NCBI RefSeq assembly: GCF_001194135.2
Contig: NC_068989.1
Location: 49,982,279 to 50,046,278, forward strand
DNA length: 64,000 bases
Direction: 5' to 3'
Origin: Octopus bimaculoides
Taxonomy: Eukaryota
Below the pieces are notes generated by a model. The model was not told where the DNA came from. It ran no database searches and saw nothing but the letters and a program-made list of their open reading frames with translations. The position numbers were made by a program, and so were the translations under genes. Below, piece by piece: positions 53,842 to 64,000 of this stretch. Numbering within the stretch: the stretch's first letter is position 1; every line of letters starts with the position of its first letter.

Positions 53842-54075
53842 TGTATGTATGTATACATGCATGTATTTGTAGAGTTATATGTTTTATGTATGTATTCTCA
53901 TGCATAGAATTACATATCAAGCCATGCTCATATATATTTAAATGGTAAACTTCTGGAAAGTTTTACAGATTTCTACAGTTCCAGTGATGGATTGGATCTG
54001 TATCCTTCGAATTAACTTTCTCCTTTCTGGTTTTGAGAAGCCACATTTCTCAAGGTTGGTATTTAGGCAGTGTAA
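53680..54075 (-). mobile_element. Extreme 3' end of an RLE-type non-LTR element, split by a (TACA)n microsatellite
   Basis: LHCLNTNLEKCGFSKPERRKLIRRIQIQSITGTVEICKTFQKFTI* resembles the terminal helix of RLE ORFs, followed by a putative 3'UTR. Confidence 0.5.
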
Positions 54076-54768
54076 TACATATGTATGTATGTAAATATGT
54101 ATGTATACATGTATGCATGTATATATGTATTTATGTATGTACACGTATTTGCGCAGTTAGCTTCATAGCATCTAAATTTGCAGATGAATGTGTCAGTAGG
54201 CAGTTTAGCTTAATGGTAAAATAGTTAGCCGGAGTATTTAACAGATACGAGTTCAAACCTCACGGCTGTTTGTAGACCAGTTTTTTTTCCGCTTTGTAAG
54301 GGTAATTTACCCAATATTTGTGCTGTTCTAACGGTGCTTTGCGTACGAAAAAATGATCATCAAGCGTATGTATATGTATATAAATCTCTGTACGCAGTCA
54401 TAATCGCCAAGGATCTAGGTAGTTATAAACAAATACACGTCCAGGAACCATAATAATTTATTGTTGAGGCTGGTTTGGCTTTTCCTATATCGAAGTTCAG
54501 TAAACTGAAAACAATTTTTTTATAGCTCACGGTTAGCAGCTTCAGTCGCTATGATTGCGCATAAAATTCAAAATTGAGGAATTTGTATATATACATGCAT
54601 GTGTGTGTGTGCATGTAATACTATATTACTAATGTTTATTGTCTTAATGTATTCCTAATTTGCGACCAAAGTATTTGACCTGGAATTTCAGTTTGCAGAG
54701 AAAGTTCTCTTCCTTCAGATAAACAATCTACAGATAGATTTTCAATCCCGTTTTATCTGCTATATATG

Positions 54769-54841
<73 letters not shown>

Positions 54842-55428
54842 ATGTGTGTGTGTGTGTGTGTGCGTGTGTGTGTGTGTGTGTGTGAGTGTTTGTGTGTGTG
54901 TGTGTATCTTTTATTAGAAGAAAAAGCAAAACCAAGGCAGAACGAGTGTATCAAGTAATTTAGAATAAATTAATGAGGGTAAGGTGAATTTGAAGTCTTA
55001 CAGCCTTTTCTGGGATAACTCAAGTGGTTGGTTAGCATGTCCATGCACTGGGTATTCCATAACCAGGGACAAGGTATGAATATTTTTGACGGAAAATTTA
55101 CAGTTTATAAGGAATAAAAATTCACAGTTTATAAGGAGGAAAATAGAAAAATAAATAAATAAATAAAAGAATAGAGAGTAGTTCGAAGAATATAGGCAGG
55201 AGAATAATGTTCACAACTCCAGACGTTCATTTTTTTCCAGAGGATATGGATGTTAATCGGTACTTCCATGAAGGTACGGGTCCTTAATTAAAATCCTAGG
55301 TAAATCCTGGTGGTGTTTTGGCAGTATTCATATTTCAAATGTGTATATAGAGCGAGAAATTAAGATACAACATAAATGGGTTTTGTGAGTGGGTGTATAT
55401 TGGAGAGAGAGGAGAGAGGAGAAAGAAA

Positions 55429-55823
55429 TACATATAAGATAAAGGTAAGAGAGTAGAAATAAAAACAAACATAAAAATAAAATTAAGATAAGGGTAAAAT
55501 AAGATATCTTTATTTTACTCTTATTTTAATTTTTATTTATTTTTATATTTATTTCCANNNNNNNNNNNNNNNNNNNNNNNNNNNNNNNNNNNNNNNNNNN
55601 NNNGTGTTGGGGCGTTAGGTTCGTGGAAACAAAAATAAAAATAAATAAAAATTAAAATAAGAGTAAAATAAAGATATCTTATTTTACCCTTATCTTAATT
55701 TTATTTTTATGTTTGTTTTTATTTCTACTCTCTTACCTTTATCTTATATGTATATATATGGGGTGCGTGTTGGGGCGTTAGGTTCGTGGAAACAAAAATA
55801 AAAATAAATAAAAATTAAAATAA
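55429..55823. repeat. 129-bp near-perfect inverted repeat spanning an assembly gap, plus a 57-bp direct repeat
   Basis: 55429-55557 is the reverse complement of 55624-55752, with ~2 differences next to the gap. 55604-55660 equals 55767-55823. Confidence 0.9.
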
Positions 55824-56315
55824 TATATATATATATATACTGATGCGCACACATACAGGCAAACCTAAACCTGTATATGTCGTATACACACATACATATA
55901 TATTTATATGGCAAGTATTTGACAGGATTCCGTACAACTTTCATCTCCCAAATTCCACTTACAAGCCAATGGTTAACTTAATGATAGAATTAAAGACATT
56001 TCCTTAAAGTGCCAGTAATTGTCATCGAACCGGCAACTCACATGCGTGTGGATTGAGCACACGGCTATTCCTGCGCTTCTATGTGTAAACAATATTCGTT
56101 TTGTTATGTGAAACTGTTGAAACCAAGCAGTGAAATAATTCCTGATAGCTATTATAACACAAGCGTGATTGGTGACTTCTGTACTGATGATGGATATTTA
56201 TATATATTTAGAGTGAAATGGTAAAACGATAAAAATAAAATAATTCTATGTACTATATTCATAATGTATATAAACGGAAATTGTGAGTAAAAATGTTTAA
56301 GAAAATGTGTAATTA

Positions 56316-56370
<55 letters not shown>

Positions 56371-56463
56371 GTATGTATAAAGAATTATATATTTAGATAT
56401 ATTTATATTTATATACATGTGTACACACACATACACACACAAACATACACACACATACACGCA

Positions 56464-56502
<39 letters not shown>

Positions 56503-57189
56503 ACACGCACACACACACACACATTTTGCTTACAATATAATTTTGAAAATGGATGTGTTTCAGATGATATTTTAAGTGTAATTGCAGAAATATAGGAAAT
56601 TAATAAATGTTTATATATGTATTTGCAAATAGTAGTCTCGAGTTAAAATTAACTGGAAAACAAAGTGTATTTGTATATTAATAAGATATATCTGCGTATA
56701 ACTATGATAAATGGATATGTGTGTGTTGTATTCACTTGCAATAAAATCGTGTTTGTGTTGTTTTAGCGTTATATATTTGAAGTATTACAGATTTTGTTAG
56801 CATTAAAGTGAACATATATAACGAAAAGAAAACATTAAACGAAGCAGAGTAATAAAAATGAGTGATTAAAGAGTTTTAAGATATATTATTGATGATTATT
56901 GGGGTAAACAAGATTCAAAAATATTTATTAAATGTATGCATATATACAGGCTCAAGCATAGCTGTCGGGTTAAAGTACTCGCTTAGTAATCTATGGGCTT
57001 TGTTTCGGGTCCAGTGCCCCTAGCAACGAAAGTCTCCAACTATATCTCCAAGACGAACAATGAGAAGAACACTTGATTAGCAGATTATTAACTGGAGCTT
57101 AATTCTTGTTGATGTTATTTGATTACTATCTAGAAAATTTTACCATTGAGACCTGGGAAGGCAAAGTTTGTGAATTATAGTATTCGTCC

Positions 57190-57400
57190 CAAAGCGTTGA
57201 GCGAAGTGCTTCTGAAATGTCGCACACACCTACACGGGGTCGAATACTATGCATCCATTTTGGTTCTCCAAAGATCGAATTGTGGCACTGCATAGTAACA
57301 TGAGGTCATTGAGTATGTGGCTCTGTTTCCAACGTAATTCCAGACCGCGTGCATTTATACTGCTTATTCTGAGTAAGACTATGTTTGTCAGAGAGAAGGA
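57190..57400 (-). mobile_element. L1/Tx1-like ORF2 remnant: APE N-terminus fused to a downstream linker segment
   Basis: LRISSINARGLELRWKQSHILNDL (APE start), then VFDPV*VCATFQKHFAQRFG, implying a large internal deletion. Confidence 0.6.
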
Positions 57401-57426
57401 GAGTGAAAAGACGCACCTTATTTTTG

Positions 57427-57513
<87 letters not shown>

Positions 57514-58789
57514 GGAGGTTTTCTATCTTTCTGGCTATTTGTGGGTGTCTCCACAACCATTTCTTTGTAGTCTTTTATTTATGTCCCCACGGAAATCTCC
57601 CTTTATTTTGAGATATTATATTTTCAGTTTGTAGTAAATTTGCTGCATTGTTTACATAATGTTTCTGTGATTAGGGATAAGATATGTAGATTTAGAATAA
57701 TATCTATCTATATTTGAATATGTTTTAATGAGTTCTTGTTTGTGTATATGACCATGTAATTAGCGATGCCTTGGGAATACTGTTCATGTTGTTGGTCTCG
57801 ACTGCTGTGTTTTCGTTTATGGAGGTGTTTGTAATGTTGGTGTTGTTTGTAGTGTCGATGATGTTTGTAACTGTGTTGATGTAATGTGTGTAGGATTGTG
57901 ATTGTCAGCTGGTTTCTATGTCTCCTCCTATAATTTTTTCACTTTTACTCTTGTATCACGCTTTTCATTTTGTAGTTTTCCCTCTTTATCCCCAGTATCC
58001 ATTCTGATGTTTTTTCCCCCAAACTGCTTTCTTCGCTAGACATAATTTCACAGACGGAGAAATATGTGACAAGGGAAGAGGTATGTCTGCTCAGTCATAT
58101 CTTTCTAAGCTGGTGGTCTGGTCGACTGCTGTGGCTAAGGTTTCTCTCGGTTGTGATGGTGCAGATGATGTTATTGTTTTTTTTCTGGAGGGAAACGCAG
58201 ATGCTTGCTGCTGAGGTTGTTGAATAGAACTCTCCTGTTGCTCCTGTTGATGCTGTTGTTGTTCTGAATACTGCTGTTCTCGGTACTGACGCTGTTATTA
58301 GTGCTGCTGCTGCTTTTGATGATGATGCTGTTGTGTGTCTCAACTGTACCAAAGTGTTTCCCACGAACGACAAACTTTTTATACTCCTGACTAGTTTTAG
58401 ACATTTTTTAATGTAGACCTGCGTAGTTCGCTCTAGTCTCTTGAGTTTTCGTGCATTGCACTCACAAATAGTAGTTTTTGTTTAATATCTTGTATTTCCC
58501 TGGTGTGTTTAAACTAAAATTGACGAATGTGTTTGTTTAGCGAACACGCTCTTCAATTTTTGCTTTAAAAAAGTGAAATGGTAGACGAAGAATGGTCGTT
58601 CGTTGAAAAGAACAGCCAGCTATTCACAGAACGGAATAGCGAAATTGTAAAAATCTGTGACAATTTTGCCTGTAAGAGTTCAGCTCCGTAAGGTCCTGTC
58701 CTAGTTATTTATGTATAAAACGATAACAAAGCTTCAGTGTATAAGGTAACAAAGCTTCAGTGTAACAATAAAAATAATAACAAACTTAT

Positions 58790-59145
58790 GAGAGCAAGTG
58801 TCTCCGATGTGTCGCATCTCCAATAGAGTGGATGAAAACATTGCCCATATCACGAACAAATGGCTTAGACTTGCCCAAAACTACTATAAGTTGTGGCAAC
58901 ACGACCAGACAGTGAAAGTGCTACATTGGAAACTGTGCGAAAAGTAGGGACTAGAGAGAGGCAAGACGTGGTATGAACACAAACCGCAAAGAGTAGCAGA
59001 GTCGGAGACCAGCAAAATCCTTTGGGATTTCCCAATCCAAGCAGATAAGGTGCTAGAGCATAACAGACCGGAGCTAGTGGTTCGTATACTATATAGTTGA
59101 TGTTGCATGCCCCTTTGACCCACGAATAGTCAAGAAGGAAGACGA

Positions 59146-59186
<41 letters not shown>

Positions 59187-59490
59187 AAGATAGATAAAAC
59201 CCTCTTAAGTACGATATAGCCCCGCTATGGAAAATGAAGAAGGTGAAGGTAGTGCCAATTATTGTTAGGTCCTTGGGAACAATATCAGAAGGTATCAAGA
59301 GGAATATAAAGGAAATTGGAATAGAGTGCCGAGTAGAACTGTTACAAAAGTTTTGCCTCTTTGGCACAGCCAGGATAACCAGGAAAGTATTAGATAGCTG
59401 AATAGAACGAATAGCTGCAGGTAGTAATCCCATTACGCATGCAAGGCTCTAGGAGCTCCAACAAAACCTGTAGTAAAGAGATAATAATTA
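58790..59490 (+). mobile_element. 5'-truncated R4/Dong-like element (CCHC + RLE domain) between degenerate (TAA)n tracts
   Basis: CRISNRVDENIAHI..HDQTVKVLHWKLC..WYEHKPQRV..KILWDFPIQADKVLEHNRPEL..IVDVACPFD..VVPIIVRSLGT..LLQKFCLFGTARITRKVLDS*. Confidence 0.9.
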
Positions 59491-61060
59491 TGGTTTCAGA
59501 TCTTTGCACAAGGCTAGCAGTTTCGGGGAAACGGGCAAATCAGGAGCAGTGTTCGCGAATTTCGGGGAGCATGGAATATTTTGAAGGATGCAGTCTCCTA
59601 ACAGGTAACAGCTACCTCTGGTGACTTATCCCATGTATCGATAATTCTGAACGAGAAAAGAATGTTTCCGAAAGTCGTTGGTGCAGCGCTGTATTTTTGT
59701 TTTCGTAGACGTTGCAATATTTCGTATTTAATTGCTCATTACACATTATTTAATTGTATTAATTTTGATTTGTATTGTGTGTATTTGAATTGAAATTTGA
59801 ATGTGAAAATAAAAAAGATAGTTGTAGTTAGAACATTTTGATCCTTACGAATTAAAAAAGTCTCTGAATTCGTTAAAACGGTATGGTGATCATCGCTGGG
59901 ATGATTACGTTGTGTGCCAATGCCTCATAAATTGAAGAACAAATTCTGTTTTCTTACTGACGAAAACTTTGAGCTTTTCATGTTTACAGCTAAATAATGC
60001 AGGGACAAACTGAATCGGGCTGTTTTATCTTTGGTTTTGGAAAGATTTCCAAGTAGAGAGTGCTGACAAATCACAACACTGAAACCGATGTATTTAAATT
60101 TAATTTACTCGCCTGAGACAGCTCCGAGTTAACACAACTACCTACACACTGTTAAGGTGACTGGAGTCTGAACCGTCGCATTGTCTGTGCCACAATCGAT
60201 ATTCAACATAGCCTGTATGTCTGACTTTACAGAACTGTTGTCTCAAAAATATGTTTTTGTTTACCTTTCCGTTGTAGCGAGAAAGTTTCGTTGCTAGGGG
60301 ATCAATTTTGTTTCGTTGTAAGGAATTCTATTATACAAAAACACTCTTTCAACATTATTTGAATTGCAGAAATTTGGGCTGCTACTAGTTCAATTTTGTG
60401 TCGCTGTGACGAATTTCAGTCTATAATGAGATTCTTTATTATTTTAGTGTTATATATTGCTGGGTGTTGAGCAAGTTCGATAGTCTAAAAAAATCTGTAA
60501 TATCGGTATTCGTTATAACGGAAATTCATCTGCATATACATAGTCATAAGCGCATACATATATATATATTTATGCATATACATGAACACACACACGCACA
60601 TACACACACACACACATGCAACACACACATACAGACACACAAATACAAATATGCATATATATATACATATGTATATACGTATATATGCAGACACATATAT
60701 ATACATTCGTGCGCGCACACACGCACCCTTAAACATAACTATTCATTCGCAAGAACACAAACGCTTACACATATTTATATATACATAATATTTATTATAT
60801 GCATAGACCAGCCCATCTAACAAACTATCCATCCATCCCTCTATCAATCTCTCTTTCTCTCTCTCTCTTTTTTCTTTGTCTCTTTCTTTCTCTCTCTCTC
60901 TCTTTCTTTCTCTCTCTCTCTTTCTTTCTTTCTCCCTCTCTTTCTCTCTCTCTTTCTCTTTCGTTCTATGCATCGATCTATAACTGTATATATACCAATA
61001 TCTATATATATCTATATATGTATATCTATAACTATATATATATAACTATCTATATATGTG

Positions 61061-61133
<73 letters not shown>

Positions 61134-61283
61134 GTAAACATTGCTTTTCTCACTCTCACTCTGTATATGTATATAAATATTGCATNNNNNNNNNNNNNNN
61201 NNNNNNNNNNNNNNNNNNNNNNNNNNNNNNNNNNNNNNNNNNNNNNNNNNNNNNNNNNNNNNNNNNNNNNNNNNNNNNNNNNN

Positions 61284-61327
<44 letters not shown>

Positions 61328-61620
61328 GCATGCATGATATATATTTATCCCACTAAAGTTGTTTTTATGTCAGATATATATCTTGAAAGATTTGTGTGTG
61401 AGACATGACAATTGTATTGAAAAAGAAAATAATGGAATATCTGATATGATTAATGGATACATATTGACATTTTAGTACTTGGACATTAAGAAGCTGATAG
61501 TACAATGTACGCTGGGGATTGAATTTACACAGATATACATGTACATATCTATAATGGCTATATCTATGGTATATGCATAAGTATGATATATATGTGTGTG
61601 CGTGTATACACACACACTCA

Positions 61621-61667
<47 letters not shown>

Positions 61668-61700
61668 CATATATGAATATATTTGTGTATGTATACATAC

Positions 61701-61746
<46 letters not shown>

Positions 61747-63039
61747 CTTGCAGGGAGATTTTGATATTTTCTTTGCATAGGATATTGTAAAATATCGAAG
61801 TCCATTCTCAATATATCACGTATGTCGATTACCTATGAACCACTGTACACTCTTAGCGATGATTTAAATATCCTACTAAGATGAATTAAAATTCTATTGC
61901 CTCCTCCCTAATGCGTTTTACAACTATATACGAACATATGATGTGTATGTATCAATATATGTATGTACCTATGTGCATCTGTGTTTGTGTGTGTATAAGC
62001 AAGTGTATCATATTTTAGCTGTCTCCAAGTAATATTTTAGCTGTCTCCAAGTAATATTTTACGTAGACACACCTAATACAGTATTTACGTGGACGTACAT
62101 ATATGTATATATTTTCTTCCGAATTTGTGTAAATTTGTGTAGAATAAGGTATCAGTTGAATAAAGTTACATTGTCTGGTTTTCACGTTTTTTATTACAGC
62201 ATTTAAATTTGTTTTACAATGTTAAAGTGTGTTAAACATTAAAAAAATATTTAGTAATGTTTATAAAATTCAATTAGCGCCTTCATACGTTCGTAGTAAT
62301 CCTTGGGTTTCAGAATGTATTACTGACAGTTGAGTTGAGTTCTTAGCAACTGTAGTGAGACTACTGACTTTTTCCTTTTTATACCTTTTAGAAGGCTCCG
62401 ACAAGCGAAATATATCGAATACGGTTTTGACCAATCAGCATGAAGCTTACACGTCGAGGGTACTGATATTACTTGCATAGATCCCGCCTTTATTTTAACC
62501 TATTAACTTGGGTTTTAATTTAATGGTTTTTATGAGTGAGCGAACTTAGTTGGCTTCGATCGTTTTTATTTCAATCGAAGGGAGTCTTATGCAATTTGTT
62601 TATATTCATATGTTAAAGATATTTTTAATCCACATCATTAACCGGTTGTTATATAACTGTTCTTATTTCCGTTCAGAACAGGCTTGAACATTTTAATGAA
62701 ACGCTTTTCTTTTATCTTTTTCCGACCTCACTTGTGTCATGTAGTTTGCGGAAAGGAAAAATTTAAAATATTTTCTGAACACATGTTTGTATATGTTCAC
62801 TGAATGGAATTTGGCGAACATTAGTGTTCCGGATTTGTTGTCTGCGGACTTGGAAGCGTTCAGCACTTTTCGGACGATTACGGTCCCTGTTAGCGTATAC
62901 GTTTTTATTCAAATGCGTTAACTACAGCATTTGAGCGGTTTAGCTCTTATTTCTAGCAATGTAGTGACATTTTTCATTCTCCTTCTGGTAAAATATTGCA
63001 AACTGCTGTCCATATTAATTATGTATAATAATAATAATG

Positions 63040-63089
<50 letters not shown>

Positions 63090-63101
<12 letters not shown>

Positions 63102-63217
63102 CCTTGGATGGAATTTATAAAACATTTAATGCATCGCTACGTGCGTCTCCATAAATCACATCGCGTAGCGATGCAGTAATATTTATAAATTCCATTCAAG
63201 AATTATTGTTATTATTA
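63090..63217. repeat. ~55-bp-arm hairpin embedded in (AAT)n/(TTA)n
   Basis: CCTTGGATGGAATTTATAAAACATTTAATGCATCGCTACG ... CGTAGCGATGCAGTAATATTTATAAATTCCATTCAAGAATTATTGTTATTATT. Confidence 0.85.
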
Positions 63218-63376
63218 TATTTATCCTACATTATATTGGTACAGCTTGATGCAACCTCAAAAAGAAAAAAAAAATAAATGTTTCACTCGTCAGCATCGTT
63301 AGACTGTGGTCGGCATAATGTAATAGGAGTTTTATTTGTATATTCAAAACTTTTCCCGTAAAAAATTTAAAAGATA

Positions 63377-63412
<36 letters not shown>

Positions 63413-64000
63413 CGTATGTACGTATGTATGTATGTATATATGCATGTATTACTGCATATTTTCCGCGCCTTCGGTCTAGTAAGAAGACACGTATTTTAGT
63501 TTCTCCCCGTATCTCATCCTCTGCACTAAGGTAACCTTCTTGGAGTAGTGATTGATTTGGGATCCGCTATTAGTATTACGCTAGGTTGCTATCATAATTA
63601 GCAGCAGTAGTGCATGCGAGTGAAAACAAATATTCCCCACAGGATCAAAGAGTTCACCCAGCCTGTCGATTGAACAGTTCTGCCATCTTATTAATATGCA
63701 CACGGCATGATGCATCATTACTCAGATGAATTCACAGGTCACGCACCGACTGTGACTCCGGGTTAGCAACGCACACTGGACCTGTCTATTCAGATAGCGA
63801 TCTGTTTGTTGGCCAACATCGGAGCGTTTCAAAATTCCATAAATAAGCCCCCACTTTTAAAAATTCTGCTCAGTTGTAAACTGCATCCAGATGTATCTGC
63901 AGTTTTGAGGAGATATTGTTAGGAAGCGTGCCTTCTTGTAAATTTCTTGCGCTGTTATTTTAAGGAAAAACTAAGAATAACACCTGAATGTTTGCTGATG

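Noticed and set aside
53969-54052. Plus-strand exon-like segment with AG and GTTGGT ends
   Set aside because: Better explained as the antisense of an RLE retroelement C-terminus.
54200-54270. tRNA-like segment (TAGCTTAATGGTAAAA..GAGTTCAAACCTC)
   Set aside because: No convincing acceptor or anticodon stems; more likely a SINE-head remnant than a tRNA gene.
59500-59604. GC-richer 105-nt segment with AG and GTAACA ends
   Set aside because: It directly abuts a retroelement end and the peptide is unrecognisable; insufficient support.
62010-62058. Short 15-26-bp tandem duplications (also ~38590, 58725, 15175)
   Set aside because: Only two units each and no spacers: ordinary slippage duplications, not a CRISPR-like array.
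60280-63775. GTTGCTAG / TTAGCAAC motifs as RFX X-boxes
   Set aside because: Half-sites only, and they recur at background frequency elsewhere in the window.

Overview
AT-rich eukaryotic (animal) genomic DNA from a draft assembly. It contains 14 N-gaps and very dense (TA)n/(CA)n/(TATC)n/(TACA)n/(GA)n/(AAT)n microsatellites. The repeat complement most resembles an Octopus genome; this is inference from the tRNA-derived and CORE-type SINEs and the microsatellite load. I cannot recognise any host protein-coding gene. Almost every entry in the ORF track is a microsatellite or N-gap artefact or a piece of a dead transposon, so the window is probably intronic or intergenic. It is a layered transposon graveyard: RLE non-LTR fragments of CRE, HERO and R4/Dong type, APE-type CR1-like and L1/Tx1-like fragments, Penelope-like elements (PLEs) of at least two sequence types, DD37D and mariner fossils, MITEs, and several SINE families. 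The two most notable structures are: (1) a 2.4-kb ORF1-only L1/Tx1-like element (42201-44607) flanked by an 11-bp target-site duplication, with an apparent spliceosomal intron in its leader and an unrecognised C-terminal domain, inserted in the tRNA-like head of a SINE; (2) an inverted PLE doublet (about 31690-34562) with hammerhead-ribozyme-like motifs, plus a second minimal hammerhead-like motif at about 53000. All family assignments come from manual translation and remembered motifs, not database searches, and boundaries are approximate unless a TSD or TIR is quoted.
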